Origin: Lama guanicoe
Taxonomy: Eukaryota
Length of the DNA stretch: 64,000 bases
Direction of reading: 5' to 3'
Assembly: GCA_013239625.1 (NCBI GenBank)
Contig: MU053652.1
Coordinates: forward strand, 2,792,001 to 2,856,000
The notes under the pieces are model-generated. The model searched no databases. It saw only the letters and a program-made list of their open reading frames with translations, and had not been told where the DNA came from. The translations under genes and the position numbers were made by a program. Below, piece by piece: positions 13,921 through 27,400 of the stretch (position 1 is its first letter; each line of letters begins with the position of its first letter).

Positions 13921-14664
13921 AATTTCTCACACCTTGAAGTGGACACACTCACCATGGGTGGTCAGTGTTGCACTGGAGTCGTGGAGCTTTGATGGTTGGG
14001 AGATATGGTGACTAGAGAGATAGACAGACCTCGTGAGTCTTAGAGCATCTGGGGTGGACTGGAAAACGGGGTAAAGTTCCTGATCCTGAGGTGCTCCTCC
14101 GAGTAGGTGTCAGTGATGGATTGGGAGCAGGAGCCTGGTGAGCAAGGCAATTACCAGATTGTGGCTTTTAACTTCAAATACTTTAGTCAGATTACTTGAA
14201 TAGTATTTTATTTTGTGAGATTCTTAAAAATGAATGGTTATATGTTTTTCATTTTTAAATACATGCTTTCTTTCTCCTTTCCTATTTATGATTAGGACTG
14301 AAACTATAAATTCAGTCAAAAGAAGTGTTTTCCTTCGGAAATCTATGCTATAAATCTGTCAGCTTAGTTCTGTAAACTATCTCAGGTAAATTCTTAATTG
14401 GACAAATAAACCAGATAACATTAAGTTAATAACTATGTTAATTCAATTAATTACACAAGTAATTCTCCACTTCTGGCAAATGTTTGATTCTGTTCTTAAA
14501 GGCTAAAATTCAAAACAGAAATAGTTTTATGTCATGAGGAACCTGGTACATTTGCTGAACACCAAGAAACCTTTTAAAAGCACATCTTCATTAACTTCAA
14601 AGCAAAGAGATTTGACCCCTTTAGAATAATACAACTGGAGACAGAACTGCAAAGAGGCTGAAGG

Positions 14665-14886
14665 GTTGTAAAAAGAGGGTGGAGTCTGGGATCAGGACGA
14701 CCAGGATTTGAATCCTGGCTCAGTTACTTGCCAGCTGGGTGACCTTGCTCAAGCTGCTTAAGCCCTCTGAAATTCAGTTTCTTCAGCTATAGGATAACAG
14801 TAGCATCCACCTCACAGAGTTGTGAAGACTGAAAATGAGTCAGCTGAAGCATTTGCAGCCAATACAGCACCTGACACATGGCAACT
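14665..14886 (+). mobile_element. MIR SINE (near full length)
   Basis: tttgaatcctggctc...cttgccagctgggtgaccttg...tcagtttcttcag...acctcacagagttgtgaag...gcacctgacacatgg. Confidence 0.85.
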
Positions 14887-17044
14887 ATAATATATATTTT
14901 TTTAACCTGTAAATGTTTTTCTGAATTTTTGAATCCTCTATCCTGTGCCAGTGAAAGACATTTTTCTTTAAAGATCCGAGTGATGACAATGACATAACCA
15001 GGGTTGCTGAGTGGATGAGCCTGACAAAGTAAAAGAAGTCATTTACAGAACGGTTATTTCTAGAACTTGGGACCTTCATGGGAGTAAGCCCATGGGCTTT
15101 GGTGTTGTTAGAAGGCTGTGCTTATCTCTGCATCTTTGTTCAGTGTTTTGATTTGAAAGCTCTGAGAGCATCACTGAGTTTTTGGGTTCCATCTGCATTC
15201 TGTGACCAATTGTTAGAGAGACCCAAAGCCTGAAGTTTGTGTTGACTTTAGAAAGTCATTCTCTGAAGCCCTTTTTGGAATGAGTTTAAAGAAAGAAGAG
15301 TACCGAAAGCCAGGCTCAGTCTTACAGCGGATGCTTGGAAAAGGATAAGTGGTTCTCTGGGACCATTAAAGCGGATCAGATTACCTTCTAAAGTAATGAT
15401 GAAAACAAAGAATAAATCAGAGGGACTATATAAAACACCCTAAATCCTTCCTTCAGGCAAATGATACCAAATTGTCGAGGTTAGATAATTATTTTCTCTC
15501 CATTTTCTTTTTTCTTTTTCCTTGAAGATTGACAGAATTAGAAACTTTGCAACCCCCATCAGTGGTACACTTAAGTGTTTAGTATCCAGGTGATTATGAA
15601 GTGTGGAATCTCTTCAAGGCTCTCCTCTTGTTCTGACTGCATAAATTTAAATGCAACTAATTAATATCTGCAATGAAAATTTTCTCATTGTGAAAGTCAT
15701 GGATAAAGCGGGCATTTGCCTACCTAGAGTCAGGGACTTAAGCTGTAATCTCATGTTTATGCCTTATTGTTTTGTTCAGATATAAAGGAGAGAACAATGC
15801 TCAAGATACGGCAAAGGTATTTTTAAAGTATACAATTTGTGTGACCCTTGCTGAGTCAGGTGAGTGGGTGATGCTGGGCAGTGAGAGCTATAGAAAAAAC
15901 TGACGTCTAGTGAGGACCCATGCCAAACAGAGCAGGATGGGGCTGAGAATATGCTTGAGGGGAGGGCAGTCTCCGGAAGGGGGACACCCGCTTAATTAGG
16001 TGTTGAGTCCAGTGGCTGAGGAGAAAATTTTTGACCTGAGAAGACTAGGTCTGGGGCCCAGAGGGAAAAGGACTCACTCGCTTTACCCAGAGACTTGAGA
16101 GAAGAGCTCAGCCTGTGTCGGGAGTGGAGGTAGAGTGGCCTGACTGACTCCCAGGAATTCCCCCTCCGACCTGAGGGAAATGCAGTCATGGAAGGCCTTA
16201 GGAGAGTCCTTTTAACATTCCAGACCTACAATGAAATTGCGTACTGTGAGATTATTGTGCTTAAAACTTAAGTCAAACAGATAGCATTTGTATTGTATTC
16301 CTAAGACGCATGAGGAGTAAATATTTTTGATGTATTTGAACAGACTCTCAGTCTGTTATTCACTAAGGAGTACCAAGTAGGGGATTCTTCTTAGCAGACA
16401 AGAGAGAGCAGGATACGATGTCTTCACAGAACAGAACTCCGACGCATTTAATTCACATAAGGTGACAAAACCCAAGTGTGAGTTGGGGTGGGGAGAATCC
16501 TTTTTTACACAGCATTTGATCCTTAAAGATTACCCTCTCTCATGTTGCCATCTCTCCGAACATGCCTGGATTTGGCCCACTTAAACTGCAGTAGGTCCAG
16601 GAAGGGCAGAGTCCTGGAGTTCACTCATTCATTTGGGAAGGAAGCCCAGTAAAATCAGTAGAATATAGAACCTGAAGGTATGATAGTATTATATGATAGT
16701 CCTTAGTGTATTGGAATCCTGAAGACTGGGTTAGCTTTGAAGTATAGATGCCACATGACTCTAGTTTAATTATTTTCTAGTTGTTGTCTTCATTTTCTGC
16801 ACTTTTGTTAGGTTTTATAAAACTTAGAAGACCATTCTCTATTTTAAATTGGAGCAGGAATTATTTGATAGTAGGCAGCACCTCAGCTAACTTTCTCATT
16901 CAGGATCTGTTTAGTCAACAGATAACTGTTGACACATACTAAATACAGTTGCACTGCACGCTTTGGGTGGATACTACAATGAAATCAGGGGTGGGCAGAC
17001 ATTATTCTCAAGTTGTCTGATCTAACAGGAGAGGAAGATGGACT

Positions 17045-17265
17045 GAGGGTTGGGAACTTGGGTTCTGCAGTCAGACCCAGCCTGGGTTGATTCTGGTTTT
17101 GACATGAACTAGATGTGTAACCTTAGAAAAAGTTGCTCAATCTCTCTAAGCCAAGCCTTCCAAGGTTATACATCTAGTACATGTCAACACCAGGATCTGT
17201 ATATTGGTACCTATTTCATAGGAGTGCTGCAGATAATGGTTGTAAACTTAGGAAGTCCTCTGTAA
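17045..17265 (+). mobile_element. MIR SINE
   Basis: cctgggttgattctgg...tagatgtgtaaccttag...tcaatctctctaagcc...tacctatttcatagg. Confidence 0.65.
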
Positions 17266-20200
17266 ACATTGGCAAGGACACACAGATGAAGAGAATGCTG
17301 CCCTGTGAGTCTAGGGCATTATGACTTTGATGGAAGTTCAGTGTTAGAGAAACGACTTGGGGAATTGATCTGTATGGAAGCAGTCACCCTGCCAGTATAA
17401 CACTGAATGACATTGCCAGAGGCGAACACAAGAAATAACAGGACAGACCACAGAATCTTATTTTTTAAGATCCACGAAAGTGGGCTAGCGATTATATTTC
17501 TTATTTTCTTTGCTGTTTTGTTTTATTACTTAGTGGTAACTCAGATGTTAAGGGAGTTGAATCAGACTGATAGAAATATGAAGATAACCTATCAGTTCTT
17601 TTAATACACAGCCTGTTGTGTACACCAGTCATGGGTTCCAGCCCTAGGTCTACTTTTTCATTACTGAAAATAAAACAGACTGAGGAGCCATCTCAGTGGT
17701 TAGCTCTCAGACTCAGGGGTTTGGCTGACTAGGAAAGATAGATGGCTATAAATGTTGGAGGATTTTCATGCACAATGAATGAAACTACTAAATATTAATT
17801 TGGTAAATAATAAAGAAGTGGTGGACATGGATTTTTTAGCCCACTGGATGTTCAGACATTATGATCTCAACTTACTTAAATATCTCTAAATGTTTAATAT
17901 CACCGATTACCCTGTCATGTGCTTTATTCTTAAAAGAATTATCTAAATTTGATACATGCAAAAGGTTATATCATTCTATAAATGAATAGAGTATTATCAG
18001 TACATTGAAGCTACTGTGTGAGGAGCAGCTTAACTGGTTTACTGCATTACTATAGCTTACTAAACATATATTGGTCAGTAATTAAATATTTCTTAAATAT
18101 TAAAGGCCACTCTTTGTCTCCTGCCAAGCGTCTGGTGTGGGGTCGGGGCCTTTGTTGGTCAGTGGGTTTGATATTTGGGAAAAAGAACTGAACGCAGACC
18201 AGAGGGGTATGAGGACGAACTGGAACTTGCCAGCATTGGTGTCTGTTCGGATATCTAACCAAGAAGAGAGAACCAACTGCTGCCTGCAGTCCCTCCTTCT
18301 CCATCTGAACTAAATTCCTCTTTTGCCTAACTCTGACCAGAGCTATTTCTGTCCGGGGATTCTGGGAAATGTAGTTTGGTCTCAAGTCAAGTTGCTGCAG
18401 TACAAACCACCGTATATTACGGTACTTGTTTGTCGTGTTGTGAACAAGAGAGACATTCAGAATTATTTCTGCTTGGAAGATGTCAGAAGAGTTATTTTAA
18501 GATAATCAGAATAGTTTAAAAATAGAATTGATTATGTCATTGTTTTCTTTTCAATTGAACCATATCTTTATTTTCAAAGCCATGAAATAACTTAAAACAG
18601 GAGTAATATGAGCTTACCTTCTTCCATTGAGAGAGAGTATTCTTTTAATTTGATAAGTAAGTTGAAGCTTGAGCTAAAAAAACTTTTTTTTGGGAAAAAA
18701 TTATCCAATACAGTGGATTTACTGATAAATAATTTACTTCCTGGTTGTTGAAGATCACTACTACATTTTACTTGTAGATAAGTCAAGAATTTCACTTTTA
18801 ACCATGCCTAACTCATAAGACATATTACAGGGGGACTGTCTTTAAATAAATCAAGTATTTGTAAAGAACCAAAAATAACTAGAAAGGAAAAAAAAAAGAG
18901 CCAGAAAAGATTTTTTTTAATCCCTAGACTTTATTCTACATCTATATCTGCGTGTGTAATGAGTCACAATTTGTCCATTTACTGGATATCATTTGGAGGA
19001 GGAAAATTTTTTTATTTTTGAAAAGAATAGGATTATTTTAGAAATGTGATGTAATGGAATGAACATCGACTTTAAAATCAGGCAAGCAGTGGTTTGTCTT
19101 TTGGGCCTTATTTTTCTTATGATCTGCCAGGCAATGTCCAAAGAACTTTATATGTACTGAATCATTAAATAGTGAAGAAAACCCGATGAGGCATTTTGCA
19201 AATGAGGAAAGCAGGGCTCACAGAACAGTTAAGTGTTAGTGCTTACCTCGTTGTTTTTCAGTTGTTTATTTGTTTTTCTAATACAGAGTGACTCTTTGCA
19301 GGGAAGGTCTTATTCGTATGTGTTTTCCCAGCACCTGGTATAGGTTCATGTGCCTCCAATTCAGCTGGTGAATATGCGATTTATTGATTTTTTTTCCTTC
19401 TATGAAATGAAAAACAATAGGAAATTAAGTTGTTTAGATAAAATATATTTTCTTTGAGTGAAAAAAGTTGTAATTTAAGAAGAGTATTATACTGTGGGAA
19501 ACCCAAGATTCTAGTCTCTACTTGGCCACTTTTAAATTTAATTTTAATCTCAGTTGTACATGCACAGAATTCAAAGAGTCCGGGAGTTGTACATGGCTTC
19601 TTATGAAACTCTGCCGTCTACCAGCCCTTACCACCACCCTAGTCTCTGGTCTGTGGACTTAAACTCTGAGACCTAGCTTTTGTTATTTACCTCGAGATCT
19701 CTTAATAGTATGTTGCCTTTTTTACAGTTTTTAATTTTTCAGTCTTAGGCATTACCTTTGACTTCTTACGGTAGAGGAAGAGGATTTATCTTTCTTATGC
19801 ACGCACCCTCACTCTATGTGCAGAAACTCCCTCCCTTCTCATTATAATTAAATTTTGAGTAATAATCAGTGTTTACATTATGATGACTATGAAAACATTA
19901 ATCACAGCTGAGGCTTTTAATCCATGGTTACTTTTTCTTTCCAGTGCAGCTTTTTGTTTTCCATAGTGTTAGTAATTTTCTTTTTTAAAGAGAAGATGTT
20001 GTTTGTTTGCTTAGATTTTATGTATTTGTCACTTGTTCCGCCCTAAACTCTTCCCCAGATGTCTAAATATAGTTTGGATACATGGCCTTGGCTCAGTTGT
20101 TCAGCTTTTCTGCTAAAATATTTTGTCATTTATGGTATGAAAGGTCCAGATGACATGAAAACTTAATGCTACTTGTATCTCTAAAACCTTATTGTTGCGT

Positions 20201-21949
20201 GAAATAGACATCTGGATATTTTGTGCGGATCACATCCTCAGTGGACCGCGTGGCGGCCGGCACACAGCCTTCCTCTCTGACCCGGTGATCTTTTCTCGGG
20301 TTAGCTGAAGTGTCTCTGCTGCTTTCCAGAGTGGCCGTGGTCTCAGGGTCTGGCTGGAAGTGGAGCCCCACTTGTGTGTGACCAAGGCTGCTTGTCAGCA
20401 AGAGCTGTGTCAAGTTACATAATGAGCTAGCAGTACCCTCAGTCCAGCCAGATCAGAGATGCTTTGATTAGGGAAATTTACTTGAATCTTTTGACAGGTT
20501 CATAGTGAATAGTCACGGAGAAGCAGAGTGGATGAAGTTGCTGGGGTGAAACAAAAACTAAATGGCATAGACGATATGAGCAAACATTAATTAAAAATTT
20601 TTTTGAAACAAAAATAAAACGGAAAAAATGCTCATCAGTAGCTTCTGAAGTTGTTATCAGAAATAATGTTGGAGACAGAAGCATGAATGATCCAGTGACT
20701 CGTAGCTTCGTAAATATTTTGTTTGCATCAGTCATAGACCTGGTATGCTTGTGATTAGTGTCAGAGATGTTATTTTGGGGGATGTCATGATTATTTCATG
20801 GGTGTGTAGAAGGAAAGCTAGAGGACAGAATGAGTCTGTCCTACTTTCATAATTTGCTACAGAAGCTGTCATTCTAGACGGCTAGCACTAGGAGGCCACA
20901 GAGACCACGATTCTGAAGGACTTAGGTTCTTGCATCTTTCCTCTTGGAGTTGAGAAAGAAACCAAGGGTAAAAAAGCCCAGTTGACATTCTGTAAAAACT
21001 TCTTAAAATTTAAGATCAGATAAAGTAGGTTAAGAATTAGTCATCCTGTTTTTCAAAATGCAATAATAAATGAGTCTAAAATATGCACTATTACTTCTTT
21101 ACACACTTGTGACATTGTCTGTAAATAATATAAGCAAAGTATGTATACTTACATATGTATTTTTAAAAATTGTATTTCTCTGGTGGTTAGTTCTTGAACC
21201 TCTGCATCCAGGCCCTGACTCCCTTAGACTTGGATGATTTCAGTAGCTTCCTAAATGATCACTTTTTTTGTCTCATTTTCCTCTAGTCTATTCTATTTAT
21301 TGAAAACAAGAGTTCAGAAATAGTTTAGGTCACATGTGTCCTCTGGCTAGAAACCATTGGTAGTTTCAAGTGGTATTTCAGATCCAGGCCTGTGTGTTCA
21401 TTCATTCAACAGATACGTCTGGGCACCTTTATACAGCAAGACGGTCACTCAGGGCTTCTGCCCTCACTGGCTTTATATTTGCTGTGCATTTTCTTAGCAT
21501 TCTTCACAGAATCTCTCTTGCAGCTAAACAAACATACCTATTCACGCCTGAAGTTTGTTTGACCCTTGAGCCTTTAAACATAATCAACTTCTCCATCATT
21601 TCATAATCCTCTTCTTTCAGAACTGCCTCTGGTTACTCAAATTTTCATCTCCCTCCGTTACTCTGTCATCTCCCAGCCTTTGTGGCACTTTGTTCACAAT
21701 ATATTAGTTCCATCTATTTTTAGTTTTTCTCTATTAAAGTTAAAAAGTTTAAATGTGTGTATGATGTTGATTAAGAACAAGGTGGTCTTTTATTTGTATT
21801 TCCTGCTAGTGCTAAATATAATATTCTAAAAAAGGGAAATATTACCTTAACGACTGTAGCACATCCTGCTGATGAGTTTCCCCGAGACCTCTCACCACTC
21901 TCTTCTCTTCTAACAAAACTTCACTTTTCTTCTCAAGAATCTACTCTTG

Positions 21950-22345
21950 TCTACATGCCCATGTGCTTTGGGGAAGGGGGGCTGGGGCCCCAGCCTCTAG
22001 CTGTCATGAAGGCTCTAGTCTTGCAGTCGGTTGGTTTGAGCATGAGCCTGTGACCTAGTTCTGGTCCCTGAGACAGAAGGGGATCTGGAGGCTTCGAGAA
22101 AGGTTTTCCTCCTTGAGAGAGAAGGGTTACAAGGGATGTTCTGTCCCCTGTGGGTCGAGCACCAGCGGAGCTGGTCCAAGCCCCAGTTGCCACACCAAGG
22201 ATGGAAGAGTAGAAAAGCAGGTGGAATTGTTCCCTGGCCGGCACGACTGAGCCATCCTTTTTTGGGATTGCTTGTTATGTGAGGATAATGAAGCTTGGTA
22301 GTGTGAGGATTTTCTCTTACTTGCAGACAAGAGCATCTGGTTAAC
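21950..22345 (+). mobile_element. Old MaLR LTR (MLT1J/K-like)
   Basis: 3' end ttcttacttgcagacaagagcatc and internal cttgttatgtgaggataat resemble late MLT1 LTRs. Confidence 0.5.
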
Positions 22346-22399
22346 TCCTCCCCCTTCAATCTCGGATTAGACTCTCCAGTGACTTACAGTTCCCTGTAC

Positions 22400-22545
22400 G
22401 TTTCCTGTCGTGGACTTGCCACACTAGTCGTGACGGACTGTTTACTTCTCGGTACCAGAAGCTCTGTGAGAGCAGGAACTTTTTCTTCTTCACTGTTGTG
22501 CCCTTAGGAGCTAGCCTGGTGCCTGGTAACTGATAAGTTTTTAAT
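22400..22545 (+). mobile_element. L2 3' terminus
   Basis: aagctctgtgagagcaggaac...ttcactgttgtgccc...cctggtgcctgg. Confidence 0.6.
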
Positions 22546-23423
22546 ATCTATACTTACTCATATTATCCTGGAAGTAGACACAGGGTTTCTGGGGCGGGGA
22601 CAGGTTATTACTTATGTCAATAACCTAAGACAAGAGACTCCGAGTGTGTAACCCTGGAATGTTTCCACAACCCTGGTTTCATCATCCTTCTGAATAGAAA
22701 CACATAGCTCAGGGAAGATCAGTCTTTCACTGTGTATTTAGTCCTATTTTAAGTTCTAAGGCCTTTTCTTTAACCCAGGTCCCAGTACATTTTCCCAGAA
22801 AGCTCTTACTGTGCAGAAGTACAAAAATGCTCATGTCCTGACAGTGAGAGTAGGTGCTCAATAAACTACTTGTTAAATGTTGAACAAATTAAAAGAATAA
22901 ATTTAACCCAGCTGGGGCAGGGATTAGGGGCTTTACTGGGGCAGTCGGGGGAAAGTGTAGCAGAATCATCTGGGGGAGTTTTTCTCTCAACAGTATACTT
23001 CCAACCCCCAGACTCTGACCTGCTTCTGTTACTGTCATATTCCTTAGGCACTTGGATTTTTGTGGCCAGAAAGGAGGTGAGAACCTGGACATAGCCTGCC
23101 ATGTGTTTGAATCCCCTCTGTAGCCTTTCTGATTAAAGTTAGTAATGGAACCTTTTATCTCGACACCTGATACCAAGGCTGCCATGTCAGCATTTATGTT
23201 CATTCCAAACGATTCTTCTGTTTTGTGTTTTTCACATGGATTTTATGGGACTTTTTAAAGGGTGTTTCTTTTTTATTGATAGTTTGCCATTTTTTTTTCA
23301 GAGAGTTTGAGGCAACTCTACAGCAAAAATACATGAAATGAAAAAGCATATAAACAGAAAATCAGAACTAAGAAAAAGATTGGAGACATGTTGATTGATT
23401 TAAATTCAGATTTAACTCTTCTC

Positions 23424-24197
23424 TTTTTGAGGTATAATTGACATATATTCTATCAAGTCCAGCGGTACACCATGATGACTCGATATTTATATATATTGGG
23501 TAATTAGCTTTATTTTTTTATTTTATGTTTAGAGGAGGTACTGTGGATTGAACCCAGACCTTGTGCATGCTAAGCACACGTTCTACCACTTGACCTATAC
23601 CCTCCACTGATACTTGTATATATTAAGGAGTGATCATAACCATAAGTCTAGTTAACATCTGTCACTAGACAGTTACAGATTTTTTTTCTTGCAATGAAAA
23701 CCTTTAAGACTCATTCTCTTAGCAACTTCCAAATATGCATTACAGTATTATTAACTATAGTTGTCATGCTGTCAGTTACATCCTCAGAGCTTATTTATTT
23801 TATAACTGGAAGTTTGTACCTCTTGCCCACTCCCAGCGCCTCACCTCTGGTAACCACCAGTCTCTTCTCTGTATCTATGAGCTTGGTTTTTGTTTTTGTT
23901 TTTAGATTCCACATATACATGAGATCATATGGTGTTTGTTTTTCTCTGTCTGACTTACTTCACTGGTATGATGCCCTCAAGGTCCATCCATATTGTCAGA
24001 AATGACAAAATTTCATTCTATTTTATGGCTGAATAATATTATGTTGTCTATATATACCACATTTTTTAATCCATTTATTCATCAGTGGACACTTAGGTTG
24101 TTTACATATCTTGGCTATTGTAGATAATGCTACAGTGAACACAGGGTGCAGATATCTTTCTGAGTTAGTGTTTTCGTTTCCTTCAGATGAATACCCA
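23424..24197 (-). mobile_element. L1 3' end (L1MA-like) with nested SINE
   Basis: Starts ttttgaggtataattgaca; ORF 24023..24241(-) has PVFTVALSTIAKICKQPKCPLMNKWIKK, similar to L1 ORF2 end MFIAALFTIAKTWNQPKCP. Confidence 0.9.
23498..23607 (-). mobile_element. tRNA-derived camelid SINE (Vic-1-like)
   Basis: Minus strand reads ggagggtataggtcaagtggtagaa (A box)...gggttcaatcc (B box)...ctaattaccc; flanked by 17-bp TSD-like copies at 23481-23497 and 23608-23624 (14/17 identical). Confidence 0.85.
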
Positions 24198-24249
24198 GTG
24201 GCTCTCATTTTTGTTGTTGCCTGCTGGAAAATGGCAGACATCAGTTATG

Positions 24250-24400
24250 TTCATGGTTCTTAACATTTTCATTTAAGTCACAGACCTCTGTGATGAAATC
24301 CGTGCATCCTCTTCTGAGAAGAGTTGAACACACGCACACAGATTCAACTTTGCTATAATTTTGGGCCCATCTTTCCCCCATGAAATCTTTTGTTATCAGA
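24250..24400. mobile_element. hAT-Charlie-type non-autonomous DNA transposon remnant
   Basis: atggttcttaac...gtcacagacctctgtgatgaaa...cacacgcacaca...tttgctataattt resembles MER-type hAT MITEs. Confidence 0.4.
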
Positions 24401-24459
24401 GAGGACAAACTATACCCATTTCTTAGGAAGGAAGAAAATATTCTTAGTACTAGTTTCTA

Positions 24460-27400
24460 AAAAAATTGTTTCCATAATAAAATATTTCAAACACAGAAAA
24501 ATAAACAGCAAATAAAAACTAAGCTATCGAATATTACCAGTTTTATAATATTTGCTTTAGTTTTGTTAAGTAGTAAAATACCACAGACAAAATAGAAACT
24601 TCCTGTTTAGCATTTTTCACCTTATTCTCTCTTCTTCCTTAGCAGAAACCACTATCTTGAATTTAGTTTTCTAACATTACCACATGTATTTTATACTCAG
24701 TGCCTTTGTATACATCTGTAGCTTTAGAAATATATGTACACATACATATATATAACATTACTTTATATGATTTCAAATTTTATGTGATTGTTTTACTGTC
24801 TGTGGTCTTCTGCAACTTTTTTTTTACCTAACATTTTTTTCTTTACTGTGGTGAAAAAAAACACGTGGGATCTTCCTTCTGAACAGATTTTTAGGTGTAT
24901 AAGCACAGTGTTGTACAGCAGATTTCTAGAGCTTCTTCATCTTGCATGGCTGAAACTCTGTGCCCACTGAGTATCAACTCCTCCTTCCCCCTTCCCCCTA
25001 GTCCCTGGCAACCACTGTTGTACTTTCTCTGCTTCCATGAGTTTGACTACTTTAGCCACCTTATTGTATTAGTGGAATTATGCAGTATTTGTTGTTCTGC
25101 ACCTGGCTTATTTCGCTTAACGTAATGTCCTCAGGGTTCATCCATGTCACATATGACAAGACTTCCTTCTTTTGTGGCTGGGTAATATTCCATTGTATGT
25201 ATACACCCCATTTTCTTTATCCATTCATCCACTGATGGACAGTTAGGTTGTTTCCACCCTTTGGCTATTGTGAATAATGTCGCAGTGAACATGGGAGTAC
25301 AGAGATCTCTCTGTGAGATCTCGATTTCAATTCTTTTGAATAAATATCCAAAGGTAGGATTGCTGGATCACTTAATAAGTTCTATTTTTAATTTTTAAGG
25401 AGCCACCATATAGGTTTCCATAGCAATTGTACATTTCACATACCCACCAGTCGCACACGAGGATTCCAGTTTACCCACATCCTTGCCAACCATTGTTAGT
25501 TCTGCTTTTTGAAATAATGGTCATCCTAACAGGTGTGAGGTGATATTTCATTGTGGCTTTGACTTACATTTCCCTCATTAGTAGTGTTGAACATCTTTTC
25601 ATATACCTGTTGGCCATTTGTATGTCTTCTTTGAGGAAAAGTCTATTTAAATAAGCGGTTACTTGATTTTTTTTTGCTACTGAGTTGTAGAAGATCCTTA
25701 TTCATTTTGGATATTAACCTCTTATTGTATATATATTTGCAAATATTTTTTCTTATTCTGTGGATTTTCCATCTGTTGATTATTTCTTTGGCTCTACGGA
25801 AGCTAACATTGTTTTTTAAAAATAACAATTATTCATCTTTGGTACTTATAGCTGTCCTTGATTCTTTTAACTATATGTAGTATTTCATTATAAGACTATA
25901 CCACCATATGTTTCTCCATTCTCCCCTTAATTCATGGTTGAGTTGTTTCCAGGTTTTTGCTGTTACACACAATGCTACCAAATACTCTTAACACATGCCT
26001 CCTTGTGTACATGTGCCAGTTCTCTAGTGCACATATTCAGATGCAATTGCTTGGGAAGACATACTAGCTTTTTTATCTTTACGACATATTGCCAAATTGT
26101 TCTCCAAAGTGGTTGAATCTGTTAAAAAAATCTTTTTATTATGATACCGTATTTTGCCAGTCTGGTGTGGATCATCTCTTGTTGTAGTGTTAAATTGCAT
26201 TGTACTGAGTTTGGACATCTTGTGTTTATTTTCCACTCAGATTTCCTTTCCACTAATTGGCTATCCACAATTTTTTCTATTTTTAAAAATTAATCTGTTT
26301 ATGTTTACTTCTTGATTTTTAGGAGTTTTTCATGTATTCTGTAAATTAACGATTTATTGGTTTTTAAACTATCTTTTCTCAGTCCGTGGCTTGATTTTTC
26401 ATTTTGTTTAAAGACTCTTTTACTGTTTAGAATTTTTAAAAAATTTAACATAGTAATATTTATCAGTGTTTTACTTTATAATTACTCCTTTTAATATCTT
26501 ATTTTTAAAAGCATTCATTATAGCAAGGATTTTTGTTTTTCTAAAAGTGTCTTTTTTTTTTTTACATTGAAGTCTTTAATTAGCCCGAAAATGTTTCTCT
26601 GTGGTGTGAAACATGGATTTAATTTTATTTCCTTACAGATGATCTATGTCTTACACCACTGTTCAACAGTCCATCCTTTTCCTGCCGATTTGTGGTACTA
26701 CCGCTATTACATACCAAATTTCCAAACATATGTCTTTTTCTGGGTGTTCTATTGCTTTTATTTGTCTGTACTATTTTACTTACTATGGTTTAATGTCTTA
26801 ACATTTTGGAGAAGCATGTTGCCTGTTTTCTTCAAGTTTGTGAAGGCTATTCTTGACTTTCTTTTTCTTAAGAATTTTAGGACCAACTTATCATGGTCCA
26901 TGAAAAACCCTGTGGAGAGTTTTATTAGAATCAAATTGAAATCCAGTTCAATTTAAGGATATTTATTAGGTCTTCCATCCACAAACGTGTATTTTTTTCG
27001 TTTCCTCAACTCTACTTTTCTCTATAAAGCTCTTGAAACTTTGTTAGATGTATTATTAGAAATTTATTATTAGAAAGCTTATAGCTAACTTTAGTTGTCT
27101 CCCTTTCCTTCCCTTCCCTTCACTTCCCTTTCTCCCTTCATTTTGATTTTTGTTTATCTTGCAAAATGACCACAGTAAGTTCAGTTCACATTCATCACCA
27201 TACATACACAATTTTTTTCTTGTGATGAGAACTTTCCAGATGCATTCTGTTAGCTACTTTCAAATACACAGTACAGTATTATTCACTATCGTGACCATGC
27301 TGTACATTGTATCCCTATAATTTACTCATTTTATACCTGTAAATTTGTGCCTTTTGATCCCCTTTACCTTTTGCCCACCCCCCATCTGTACCTCAGGCAA

